A stretch of DNA of 64,000 nt from Candidatus Omnitrophota bacterium (lineage in GTDB: Bacteria > Omnitrophota > Gorgyraeia > Gygaellales > Profunditerraquicolaceae). A program made the position numbers and the translations under genes. The notes beneath the pieces were generated by a model. It had not been told where the DNA came from and searched no databases. It worked only from the letters and a program-made list of their open reading frames with translations. Positions 48,804 to 57,973 of this stretch are shown here, piece after piece (within the stretch, counting starts at the first letter, position 1; each line of letters begins with the position of its first letter). The stretch lies in contig QZKA01000027.1 of NCBI GenBank assembly GCA_003598135.1, positions 84,788 through 148,787 of the forward strand, read 5' to 3'.

Positions 48804-49742
48804 ATGAACAAAGACCTGGTTAGTATAAAGGATTTATCCGCGAAGGATATCAATGGAATTTTCTCGCTTGCCTCGGAAATGAAAAAAAGGCCGTTTGCTT
48901 TTTCCCGGGCCCTTCGGGGCAAGACCCTGGCGTTGATTTTTGAAAAACCGTCTAACAGGACATACGTGTCTTTTCAGGTGGGCATGTATCAGCTCGGCGG
49001 AGACTCGATATATTTGGGCCCGGAGCATATTAAGCTGGGTGTGCGGGAATCGGTACATGATGTAGCGAAAACCCTAAGCCGTTATGTAGACGGAATTGTG
49101 ATACGTACGTTTGCGCATGCAAAAGTGCTGGAGATGGCGCGTTATTCAAATAAGCCGGTAATCAATGGATTATCCGATTTTTCTCATCCCTGCCAGGCCT
49201 TAGCCGACGTCTTGACCATCAAAGAAAAATTACGCAGGCTAAAAGGGGTTACCCTTGCGTACGTGGGCGATGGGAACAATGTTTGCGTTTCATTGCTTTA
49301 TATCTGTTCGAAGCTTGGTATTCACATGAAAGTTGCGACACCCTTAGGCTATGCGCCTGGTCAAAAGGTAATTATGCAGGCCAAGGCGTTGGCGCATGCA
49401 AGCGGAGCAAGGATACTTATTTCACACAATGCGCCTGAAGCGGCCAAAGGTGCTGACGTGCTGTATACGGACGTATGGGCGAGCATGGGCCAGGAGAAGG
49501 AGGCCGAAAGACGCAAGAGGATCTTTAGGGCTTTTCAGCTTAATTCAAAACTTGCTTCGTTTGCCAAGAAAAAAGCATTGATCATGCATTGTCTGCCTGC
49601 TCATCGTGGAGAAGAAATAACCGATGAGATAATTGACAGCAAAAATTCCATTGTATTTGACCAGGCGGAGAACCGGATGCATGTGCAGAAAGCCATTTTG
49701 ATAAAATTAATGAAGGGATACGTCTATGTTAAAAAAGACTAA
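48804..49742 (+). CDS. argF: Ornithine carbamoyltransferase
   Basis: HPCQ, DVWASMG, HCLP motifs. The carbamoyl-phosphate motif reads SNRTY rather than the canonical STRTR. Confidence 0.85.
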   Translation: MNKDLVSIKDLSAKDINGIFSLASEMKKRPFAFSRALRGKTLALIFEKPSNRTYVSFQVGMYQLGGDSIYLGPEHIKLGVRESVHDVAKTLSRYVDGIVIRTFAHAKVLEMARYSNKPVINGLSDFSHPCQALADVLTIKEKLRRLKGVTLAYVGDGNNVCVSLLYICSKLGIHMKVATPLGYAPGQKVIMQAKALAHASGARILISHNAPEAAKGADVLYTDVWASMGQEKEAERRKRIFRAFQLNSKLASFAKKKALIMHCLPAHRGEEITDEIIDSKNSIVFDQAENRMHVQKAILIKLMKGYVYVKKD

Positions 49743-49755
49743 AGACGCAGGCACT

Positions 49756-50937
49756 ATGAAGAAGATCGTACTGGCTTATTCCGGAGGCCTAGATACTTCT
49801 TGCGCAGTCCGATGGCTGAAAGAACGCGGATATGAAGTGATTTGTTTTGTTGCCGATTTAGGCCAAGGATTAGGCGAAGGAGAAGATTTCGGACAGATAA
49901 AAGAAAGGGCCATTGCCGCAGGCGCTTTAAAAGTTTATATTAAGGACCTTCAAGAAGAATTTATCGAAGACTTTATCATTCCTGCGCTTAAAGCCAATGC
50001 AATCTACGAAGGAAAATATCTTCTTGCTACCGCGTTGGGAAGGCCGCTCATTGCAAAATATCTGGTCGATATCGCGCACAAAGAAAATGCGCATGCGGTA
50101 GCGCATGGCTGCACAGGCAAAGGAAACGACCAGGTAAGGTTTGAAGTGACGGTTGGCATTTTGGATCCTAAATTAGAAATCATTGCTCCGGTCCGGGAGT
50201 GGGAGTTTAAATCCCGCGAAGAAGAGATGGAATACGCTGCGCTTTACGACATCCCGATAGACGTAACGAAGAAGAAGCCTTACAGTATCGATAGAAATAT
50301 CTGGGGTATAAGTATTGAGGCAGGCGTATTGGAGGACCTGGACAAGGAACCGCCCGAAGACGCCTATCTTATTACGAAAGGCCCCACGAGTAGCGCAAGC
50401 TATCCTAAATACATTGAGGTATCTTTTGAGAAAGGCGTGCCTAAAAAAATTGATGGCCGAGCCTACAAATTAAAAGAGCTTATTATGGAACTGAACTCAG
50501 TCGGCGGATTGCATGGGGTGGGCAGAAGCGACGCAGTTGAGAACCGGCTTGTGGGTATCAAATCACGGGAGGTGTATGAAGCACCGGCAGCAACAATCAT
50601 CTATACTGCGCATAAAGAACTAGAAAGCCTAGTGCTTGACAGGGAGTTGGCGCATTTTAAAGAGGAGGTATCACTGAAATACTCTGAGCTTGTCTATTAT
50701 GGCCTTTGGTATGCCCCCTTAAAGAGTGCGCTTGATAGTTTTGTTGCGTATACGCAAAGACATGTAACCGGAACAGTGCGTCTGAAACTTTCAAAAGGAA
50801 TGTGCGTTGTGGCCGGGCGGAAATCACCTTACTCGTTATACAAAAAAGAATTAAGTACGTACGGAAAAGAAGATAAATTTAACCAGAAACTTGCAAAGGG
50901 ATTTATCGAAATTTGGGGGATGCCCTATCGCAGATAG
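49756..50937 (+). CDS. argG: Argininosuccinate synthase
   Basis: MKKIVLAYSGGLDTS P-loop. The start at 49756 is preferred over the in-frame upstream ATG at 49726, which overlaps argF. Confidence 0.9.
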   Translation: MKKIVLAYSGGLDTSCAVRWLKERGYEVICFVADLGQGLGEGEDFGQIKERAIAAGALKVYIKDLQEEFIEDFIIPALKANAIYEGKYLLATALGRPLIAKYLVDIAHKENAHAVAHGCTGKGNDQVRFEVTVGILDPKLEIIAPVREWEFKSREEEMEYAALYDIPIDVTKKKPYSIDRNIWGISIEAGVLEDLDKEPPEDAYLITKGPTSSASYPKYIEVSFEKGVPKKIDGRAYKLKELIMELNSVGGLHGVGRSDAVENRLVGIKSREVYEAPAATIIYTAHKELESLVLDRELAHFKEEVSLKYSELVYYGLWYAPLKSALDSFVAYTQRHVTGTVRLKLSKGMCVVAGRKSPYSLYKKELSTYGKEDKFNQKLAKGFIEIWGMPYRR

Positions 50938-50963
50938 CGCAAAAACCTATTGGGAGTGCTGAG

Positions 50964-52343
50964 ATGACCAAGAAATTATGGGGAACACGATTTATAAAAA
51001 AAAGTAACCCGCTTATGGATAAATTTACCTCAAGTATTTCCTTTGACCAGAGACTGGCCAAGTATGATATTGCCGGTAGTATCGCTCATGCGAAAATGCT
51101 GCATAAGCAGAAAATAATATCTTCAAAGGACGCTGGCTTGATAGTGGGGGGTCTTAAGGAACTTGGCGCGCAAATCGGATCCGGAAGATTCAAGTTTGAT
51201 GCAGGGGCAGAAGACATCCATTCAAACATCCAGGACGCCTTATTCAAGAAGATAGGCAACCCCGCGCTTAAATTGCATACCGCCCGTTCACGCAACGACC
51301 AGATTGCATTGGACATACGGATGTATTTGATGGAAGAGGTTTCAGGACTTGTCGCATTGATTGCAGTATTGCAAAAATCTATCCTGAATTTTGCCAGACG
51401 TAATAATAAAGTGATCATACCGGGCTATACGCATCTTCAAGTTGCCCAGTGCGTGCTTCTTGCGCACCATTTGCTGGCTTACCTGGAGAGTCTAGAGCGG
51501 GACAAGATGCGTTTAGTTGACGCCCAGAAAAGAATAAACGCAATGCCTTTGGGCAGTTGTGCACTTTCCGGGACCGGCTTGCCCATAGACCGTGAGTTTG
51601 TCAAGAAGGAGCTTGGATTCAAGACTGTCACCGCCAACAGCCTGGACAGCGTAAGTGACCGGGATTTCATTATCGAAGTTTTAGCGGATCTCTCGATTCT
51701 TTCGGTGCATCTTTCCCGTTTTGCGGAGGATTTGATTCTTTGGTCGACAAAAGAATTCAACTTTATCGATATCGATTTTTCATTTTGTACGGGATCAAGT
51801 ATAATGCCTCACAAGAAAAACCCGGATGTGTTGGAATTGATCCGGGGGTATGCGGGTAGAATCCATGGGGATCTCTCAAACGTTTTGATCCTCATGAAGG
51901 GGCTGCCGCTTTCCTACAACCGGGACCTGCAGCTCGATAAGCCCCCGTTATTTAACTCCATTGATACGGTGAAGGATGTCCTTGGCATCCTTGCTGAGGT
52001 TTTTAAGTACATTGCTATTAATGAAGAAGCGGTAGCAAACAAGCTCATGGATGAATCCCTTTTTTCCGTAGATGTAGTCGAATACCTGATTAAAAAAGGC
52101 ATTTCCTACCGGCAGGCGCACGATATCGTCGGCCGAATGGTAAAGAACTGCCTTGATAAAGGCAGAAAGATTTCAAGCCTTTCCACAGTCGAACTAAAAA
52201 AATATTCTCCGCAACTAGAGGGCGATGTGAAGAAAATACTTAATGCCTGGACTTCTGTAAGCCTCAAAACCTCTTACGGCGGTACAAGCCCGCGTTTGGT
52301 AAGGCAGCAACTAAAGAAATGGAGTAAGCGGCTCAATGCATGA
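50964..52343 (+). CDS. argH: Argininosuccinate lyase
   Basis: MTKKLWGTRF..., fumarate-lyase signature GSSIMPHKKNPD. Confidence 0.9.
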   Translation: MTKKLWGTRFIKKSNPLMDKFTSSISFDQRLAKYDIAGSIAHAKMLHKQKIISSKDAGLIVGGLKELGAQIGSGRFKFDAGAEDIHSNIQDALFKKIGNPALKLHTARSRNDQIALDIRMYLMEEVSGLVALIAVLQKSILNFARRNNKVIIPGYTHLQVAQCVLLAHHLLAYLESLERDKMRLVDAQKRINAMPLGSCALSGTGLPIDREFVKKELGFKTVTANSLDSVSDRDFIIEVLADLSILSVHLSRFAEDLILWSTKEFNFIDIDFSFCTGSSIMPHKKNPDVLELIRGYAGRIHGDLSNVLILMKGLPLSYNRDLQLDKPPLFNSIDTVKDVLGILAEVFKYIAINEEAVANKLMDESLFSVDVVEYLIKKGISYRQAHDIVGRMVKNCLDKGRKISSLSTVELKKYSPQLEGDVKKILNAWTSVSLKTSYGGTSPRLVRQQLKKWSKRLNA

Positions 52344-53610
52344 ATTTAGGTACCGCAGGAATACCCTTTATTGCGAAGATGTAAGTGTGTTTGATTTAGC
52401 GGACCGTTTCGGAACGCCTCTGTTTGTGTATAGTTATCATACCGTGATTGACCATTACGTCAAATTACAGAAGGCCTTTGGTCCAGCTAATCCCCTTATT
52501 TGTTATTCGGTGAAGGCAAATTCAAACCTTGCGGTTCTCAAAGCGCTTATAGATAAAGGCGCAGGCTTAGATGTGGTATCCGGCGGGGAGCTCTTTCGGG
52601 CTTTTAAGGCTGGTTGTCCTGCACAACGTATAGTATACGCTTCAGTCGGTAAGACTGAAGGTGAAATAGAAGAAGCAGTCAGAAGGGGGATTCTGTTTTT
52701 CAATGTTGAGTCTACTCCTGAGCTTAACGCCATTAACCGTATTTCAAAAAAATTGCGTAAAGTAACTGCTGTAGCTCTGCGAATAAATCCCGATGTCGAG
52801 CCGAAAACGCATAAATTTATCACTACCGGCAAGATCACCAACAAATTCGGCATCGATTTTGCCAGCGCAGAGTCACTCTTGCTCAAGGCGCACGCCTTTT
52901 CACATGTGACAATAAAAGCCCTTCATATCCATATTGGGTCTCAGATAACAGAGAGCGGCCCTTTTGTTTCTGCTATTTCAAGGATGGTCAGGCTTATCCG
53001 CCGACTAAACAACAGGGGGGTGCGCATCGAGTATTTGAATATCGGTGGAGGCCTAGGCATAGTCTATGACAAAGAAGCGCCGCAGACAGCTTCAGCCTTT
53101 GCCTCAAAGATTCTTCCACTCATAAAAGAGTCAGGCCTTAAAATTATTCTTGAACCGGGCAGGTTTATTGTAGGCAACGCAGGGATTTTAGTTACGAAAA
53201 TCCTCTACGTAAAGGAAACGAGACGCAAGACCTTTTTGATTGTTGATGCAGGCATGAATGATTTGATCAGGCCTGCTCTTTATGACGCGTACCACCGGGT
53301 TATTCCCGTTAAGGTCAAAAAGAGCCGTTTGCATACAAAAGGTATTATTGCTGACGTTGTCGGCCCAATATGCGAGAGTGGCGATTTTCTTGCCAAAGAC
53401 CGGAAGCTGCCGGCGTTGCATGAGGGAGAATACCTTGCGGTGATGGGTGCGGGCGCATACGGATTCAGCATGTCCAGCAATTATAATTCAAGGCGCAGGG
53501 CCGAGGAAGTGATGATCGTAAAAGACAGGGTGTTTGTTATCAGAAAAAGGGAGTCCTTGGAAGATTTGGTGAGAAATGAAAATATCCCGCCATTTCTATT
53601 AGGCCTTTAA
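52336..53610 (+). CDS. lysA: Diaminopimelate decarboxylase
   Basis: PLP Lys (YSVKAN), GGGLG, and C-terminal CESGD motifs. Confidence 0.9.
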   Translation: MHEFRYRRNTLYCEDVSVFDLADRFGTPLFVYSYHTVIDHYVKLQKAFGPANPLICYSVKANSNLAVLKALIDKGAGLDVVSGGELFRAFKAGCPAQRIVYASVGKTEGEIEEAVRRGILFFNVESTPELNAINRISKKLRKVTAVALRINPDVEPKTHKFITTGKITNKFGIDFASAESLLLKAHAFSHVTIKALHIHIGSQITESGPFVSAISRMVRLIRRLNNRGVRIEYLNIGGGLGIVYDKEAPQTASAFASKILPLIKESGLKIILEPGRFIVGNAGILVTKILYVKETRRKTFLIVDAGMNDLIRPALYDAYHRVIPVKVKKSRLHTKGIIADVVGPICESGDFLAKDRKLPALHEGEYLAVMGAGAYGFSMSSNYNSRRRAEEVMIVKDRVFVIRKRESLEDLVRNENIPPFLLGL

Positions 53611-53612
53611 TT

Positions 53613-54416
53613 ATGCACAACATCCGTTTCGTGAAAATGGTTGCTTCGGGTAATGATTTTGTCATTGCCGAGATGAAAAGGATGCGGGCTGATACTATAA
53701 GAACTATTGCCCGTGCGCTATGTCAGAGGAAAACCGGCATTGGCTCAGACGGCCTGCTTATCCTTGAGCCCTCCACGCACGCAGACATCCGTATGCGCAT
53801 TTTTAACGCCGACGGGTCAGAAGCAGAAATGTGCGGAAACGGCGCGCGTTGTGTTGGGTTGTATATGCACCGTTTCCACAGGCGCAAGAGTCTGTTTACC
53901 ATTGAAAGCAAAGCCGGCATCATTAACGCAGAAGTTTGTAATGATAGCGTAAGGATTAAGTTGACGGATCCCCTTGCGCTTGCGCAGGATGTCTTGCTTT
54001 CTTTGCAGAAGAAACTTAATATCAACTACATCAATACAGGCGTTCCGCATGTGGTTATTTTTGTCGAGGGGCTGGATGCCATTGACGTAGAAGTTATTGG
54101 AAGGCAGGTGCGCTATCACAGGAAGTTTGCGCCGGCAGGTGCGAATGTGGACTTCGTCGAGGTAGCCGGGCCTTCGCAAATAAAAGTGCGCACCTATGAG
54201 CGCGGAGTTGAAGGCGAAACGCTTGCGTGCGGGACAGGAAGCGTTGCCTCTGCCTTAATCTTTGCTATGAAAACCGGCGCCAAGAACAAGGTATATGTGC
54301 ATACCAGGAGCGGGGAGTTGCTTACGGTATTTTTTGAAAATAAAAAAGGTTGTTTTCGTAACGTCTGGCTTAAAGGTAAGGCCATGATCGTTTTTTCCGG
54401 AACAAGTTTCATATAA
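53613..54416 (+). CDS. dapF: Diaminopimelate epimerase
   Basis: FVKMVASGNDFV, and two catalytic Cys (EMCGNG, LACGTG). Confidence 0.85.
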   Translation: MHNIRFVKMVASGNDFVIAEMKRMRADTIRTIARALCQRKTGIGSDGLLILEPSTHADIRMRIFNADGSEAEMCGNGARCVGLYMHRFHRRKSLFTIESKAGIINAEVCNDSVRIKLTDPLALAQDVLLSLQKKLNINYINTGVPHVVIFVEGLDAIDVEVIGRQVRYHRKFAPAGANVDFVEVAGPSQIKVRTYERGVEGETLACGTGSVASALIFAMKTGAKNKVYVHTRSGELLTVFFENKKGCFRNVWLKGKAMIVFSGTSFI

Positions 54417-54431
54417 AAAGGAGGAGTAAGA

Positions 54432-54989
54432 ATGGTGTGGATACTTCTTGTGGCTATACTAGCTGCAGTAGCGTGGTTAATCTCTTCGTACAATAGTTTG
54501 ATATCTTTGAGGAACCTGGCGATAAACGGCTGGAAACAGATTGACGTACAGTTGAAGCGACGCCACGACCTTATCCCTAATTTGGTTGAGACGGTAAAGG
54601 GGGCAATGAAGTTCGAACAGAATACCTTGACCCAGGTTATCGAGGCCCGCAACAAGGCCATAGCGGCTCAAGGGGTCGCTGAGAAGGCAGCCCAGGAAAA
54701 TGTCTTGACCGGAGCCCTCAGGCAGCTCTTTGCGTTGGTAGAGAATTATCCTGATTTGAAATCAAACCAAAACGTAGGCAAGCTGCAGGAAGAGCTTGTT
54801 TCTACCGAGAACAGGATTGGTTTTGCGCGGCAGTTTTATAACGATATCGCGACAAAATTCAATACTGCATTACAGGTATTTCCCGCAAATATGATTGCCG
54901 GGATGTTTGGGTTTAAAGTGGCGGAATTATTCGAGATTACTGATAGTGCCGAGAGAGCGACGCCAAAGGTGGATTTGAACATTAAATGA
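54432..54989 (+). CDS. lemA: LemA family protein
   Basis: N-terminal TM helix followed by the LemA domain (SYNSLISLRNLAINGWKQIDVQLKRRHDLIPNLVE). AAGGAGGAG Shine-Dalgarno. Confidence 0.8.
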   Translation: MVWILLVAILAAVAWLISSYNSLISLRNLAINGWKQIDVQLKRRHDLIPNLVETVKGAMKFEQNTLTQVIEARNKAIAAQGVAEKAAQENVLTGALRQLFALVENYPDLKSNQNVGKLQEELVSTENRIGFARQFYNDIATKFNTALQVFPANMIAGMFGFKVAELFEITDSAERATPKVDLNIK

Positions 54990-55924
54990 ACATCTACGAG
55001 CAGGCATTGAGTAACAGGCGCGCAACTTGGGTTATCAGTAGCGTGTTTGTTGGACTTTTTTTATTTATCGGATTTGGGTTTGATTATATGTACGGGGCAG
55101 GTTTTTCAGTGCCTGTTTTTACTATCGCGGCGCTTTTTCTGGGGATAGTATCTGCGTACAGTAGTTATGAATACGGAGACAGGTTCATTTTGTCTTCGAC
55201 ACACGCACAGCCTCTGGATTTAGACGATCCTGCACAAAAACAATGGCAGAACGTGGTAGAGGAAATGAGCATTGCAGCGGGTATCCCTCTGCCTAGGATA
55301 TTCATAATCGAAGACCAGGACCCCAATGCATTTGCGACCGGCAAGGATCCGCAGCATTCTTCTCTTGTGGTTACCAAGGGCCTGCTTCAGTCATTGGATC
55401 GGGATGAGCTGCAGGCAGTGGCAGCGCATGAGATGAGCCACATAAGAAATTTTGACATAAGGGTGATGCTTATGCTCTCCGTGCTGGTGGGTGCAATGGC
55501 GTTGATTTCTGATTGGGCGCGCAGGGGGATATTCCGCGGTTCTCGGCGCTCAGGTTCAAGGAGGCAGGGGCAGGGCAATGCCGCATTGTTACTGCTTGTG
55601 GTCTGGCTGGTTACGATTATTCTGGCGCCTTTATTGTCTCAGTTGCTTGCGATGTGCGTATCGCGCAAACGTGAGTATCTTGCTGATGCTTCGGGCGCTG
55701 AATTGACCCGCCACCCTCTGGCGTTGGCACGCGCGCTTGAAAAAATAGATTCTCGCAGCGAACCCACGCGTTCTATTAATCAGGGGACTGCGCATCTGTG
55801 CATTGCCGATCCTAAGGGCAGATCGTTGAGCGCAAAGCAGGGCTGGGTTGCGGATTTATTGGCTACACATCCGCCAATCAACAGGCGCATTGAGGCACTT
55901 AAGCAAATGGCGTATGTTGCCTAA
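54986..55924 (+). CDS. htpX: M48-family zinc metalloprotease (HtpX-like)
   Basis: HEMSHIRNFD (HExxH), 4 TM helices, downstream E for metal binding. Classic LemA-HtpX pair. Confidence 0.8.
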   Translation: MNIYEQALSNRRATWVISSVFVGLFLFIGFGFDYMYGAGFSVPVFTIAALFLGIVSAYSSYEYGDRFILSSTHAQPLDLDDPAQKQWQNVVEEMSIAAGIPLPRIFIIEDQDPNAFATGKDPQHSSLVVTKGLLQSLDRDELQAVAAHEMSHIRNFDIRVMLMLSVLVGAMALISDWARRGIFRGSRRSGSRRQGQGNAALLLLVVWLVTIILAPLLSQLLAMCVSRKREYLADASGAELTRHPLALARALEKIDSRSEPTRSINQGTAHLCIADPKGRSLSAKQGWVADLLATHPPINRRIEALKQMAYVA

Positions 55925-55942
55925 AGCGATGGAGGATTAAAG

Positions 55943-56818
55943 ATGTTTAAAGGTTCTATTGTTGCGATAGTTACGCCTTTTAAAAATGGTAAAGTTGATG
56001 AAAAAAAGCTCAGAGAACTGATCGAATTTCATATTGCGAACGGCACTTCTGGTATTGTGCCTTGTGGCACGACGGGCGAGTCGGCAACACTGTCTTTTCA
56101 GGAGCATGACCGGGTAATCGAGGTTACAATTGAGCAGTCAAAAAAGAGGGTGCCGGTTATTGCAGGTACCGGCTCGAATTCTACCGAAGAGGCGATTATG
56201 CTCACTCGCCATGCCCAGAAGGCCGGGGCAGATGCCTCACTTCAGGTGTCTCCTTATTACAATAGGCCGACACAGCGTGGGCTTTATGAGCACTTTAAAG
56301 CGATTGCAGAATCAGTGGATATCCCGCTTATCTTATATAATATTGCGTCCCGGACAGGCGTGAACATTGAGCCCGAAACCATTGCCAGGTTAGCCAGGGA
56401 ATGCAAAAATATCGTAGGAGTTAAGGAAGCATCAGGCAGTCTTGATCAGATGGCGCGCATAAAAGCCCTTTGCCCTGGTTCTTTCAGCTTGATTTCAGGG
56501 GACGATTCGCTTACCCTTCCCGTGCTAAGCATCGGAGGGACGGGGGTTATCTCTGTAGTAGCAAACATCGTCCCGAAAGATGTTGCTGAGCTGGTGGAGT
56601 CGTTTGAGCAGGGCAGTATCAAAAAAGCCCAAGCGATCCACTATAAATTACTTCCCTTGATCAAGGCGATGTTTATAGAAACTAATCCCATTCCCGTTAA
56701 GACTGCAATGGGTTTATTGGGCATGTGTGAGCCGGCTTTAAGGCTTCCGATGTGCCCTATGATGCCTGAAAATGAGGAGAAGTTGAAAAAGGCCCTGAAG
56801 GAGTACGGGTTGTTGTAG
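55943..56818 (+). CDS. dapA: 4-hydroxy-tetrahydrodipicolinate synthase
   Basis: GSIVAIVTPF, GTTGES, active-site Lys region (VVANIVPK...). Confidence 0.9.
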   Translation: MFKGSIVAIVTPFKNGKVDEKKLRELIEFHIANGTSGIVPCGTTGESATLSFQEHDRVIEVTIEQSKKRVPVIAGTGSNSTEEAIMLTRHAQKAGADASLQVSPYYNRPTQRGLYEHFKAIAESVDIPLILYNIASRTGVNIEPETIARLARECKNIVGVKEASGSLDQMARIKALCPGSFSLISGDDSLTLPVLSIGGTGVISVVANIVPKDVAELVESFEQGSIKKAQAIHYKLLPLIKAMFIETNPIPVKTAMGLLGMCEPALRLPMCPMMPENEEKLKKALKEYGLL

Positions 56819-56924
56819 CAGAAAAGATGCTGTCTGCGTTTTGCGTTCGGCGTAGACCGTCGTGCGTAAAGGCAAAGCTAACGCTTAGCGCTGAACGCCC
56901 AACGCATCCAGGGAACAATGCTAT

Positions 56925-57195
56925 AAAAGGTTAAGGTCTAGGTTAAGGCCCAGTAAGGCCAAGGCCTTAGGTAGCGAAGGTAATGACAAGTGCACAAAAT
57001 CCCTGCCTGATGGCAGGCAGGCAAATGACAAATAAAATGCCAAATTCCAAGCATCCTGCCTACCGGCAGGCAGGCAAATCACAAATAAGCTCCAAATTAC
57101 AATGAGCGAATCACCGAAACGGATATGCATTGGTCATTGGTCATTTGGACATTTGGATTTATTTGGAATTTGAGTTTTGGTATTTATCATTAGTA
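56925..57195. repeat. Intergenic repeat element, copy 2: (A)GGTTAAGG hexamer array, taatgacaagtgcacaaaatccctgcctg head, two hairpin units (CCTGCCTG..GGCAGGCAGG) each followed by CAAAT boxes, then phased (C)ATTTGG boxes
   Basis: About 80-88% identity over about 170 nt to 28947-29195. Contains a duplicated internal module. Lies directly upstream of dapB. Confidence 0.7.
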
Positions 57196-57207
57196 AAGGA
57201 GCAGGCG

Positions 57208-57921
57208 ATGATTAAGCTAGGAATAGCGGGTGCATGCGGAAAAATGGGCAGGCGCATATTTGAGTTAGCTTCCTACGACAAGGCCTTCGAAGTTACCCTT
57301 GCTCTCGAAAGGAAGGGTACGCCTTTGATCGGCAGAGAATTGGGAAAGCTTAAGGTGTCTTCAGGCCCTGACGGAATATTCCTTATCGACTTGCTTATTG
57401 ATTTTACTGTTCCGGATGCAACAGAGATGAATCTTGAGTATGTCGCGAAGTATCGAAAAGCCCTCGTTGTAGGGACGACCGGCCTTAATGAATCGCAATT
57501 AAAGAAGATAGAAGAAGTTTCTCATGTGGTGCCTGTGGTATTTTCTCCGAATATGTCTGTAGGCGTAAATGTGCTTTTTTCGCTTTTACCTGAGATATAT
57601 AAGAGGCTTGGAAATGAGTATGGCATTGAAATAGTGGAAGCGCATCACAAGACAAAAAAGGACGCTCCTTCGGGCACTGCAAAAAAGTTCGCTCAGGTTT
57701 TATCCGAGGTAACGAAACAGGAAATCCCGGTGCATGCCGTCCGGTTGGGCGATATAGTAGGCGACCACACAATAATTTTCTCGGGGAATTCCGAACGGAT
57801 AGAGATAAAACATCAGGCTCACTCAAGGGATTTATTTGCCCTGGGAGCTTTAAAAGCTGCAAAATGGCTTACAGGCAAACCCGCTGGTTTATATACCATG
57901 CAGGATGTCCTTTTTAAATAG
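57208..57921 (+). CDS. dapB: 4-hydroxy-tetrahydrodipicolinate reductase
   Basis: MIKLGIAGACGKMGRRI, EAHHKTKKDAPSGTA. AAAGGAGCAGG Shine-Dalgarno. The ATG at 57208 is preferred over the ORF-track 57130, which starts inside the repeat. Confidence 0.85.
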   Translation: MIKLGIAGACGKMGRRIFELASYDKAFEVTLALERKGTPLIGRELGKLKVSSGPDGIFLIDLLIDFTVPDATEMNLEYVAKYRKALVVGTTGLNESQLKKIEEVSHVVPVVFSPNMSVGVNVLFSLLPEIYKRLGNEYGIEIVEAHHKTKKDAPSGTAKKFAQVLSEVTKQEIPVHAVRLGDIVGDHTIIFSGNSERIEIKHQAHSRDLFALGALKAAKWLTGKPAGLYTMQDVLFK

Positions 57922-57973
57922 CCAATTAATGTGCAGCGTTAAGAGTATACATTCTCACAAAAGGAAATACGCT

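Noticed and set aside
48804-49742. Possibility that argF is an acetyl- or succinyl-ornithine transcarbamylase because of SNRTY
   Set aside because: The ornithine-binding DVWASMG loop and HCLP are canonical OTC. Bifunctional ArgJ provides free ornithine, so canonical OTC is expected. It is kept only as a minor note under the arg operon finding.
56830-56925. Possible lysine riboswitch (L-box) or T-box upstream of dapB
   Set aside because: GC-rich palindromes are present, but I could not recognise the L-box conserved core (for example the GAGGCGC...loop E elements). The segment is also continuous with the repeat family found upstream of unrelated genes (fmt, pgk).
43555-57973. N-terminally extended ORF-track starts for rplM (43555), GT9 (21085 TTG), second ABC ATPase (42715), argG (49726), argH (50913), dapB (57130), dapL (57905) and panC (59565)
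   Set aside because: In each case the family-typical N-terminus begins at a downstream in-frame ATG that has a Shine-Dalgarno or a 4-nt stop/start overlap. The extensions run through repeat or intergenic sequence, or through the upstream gene.
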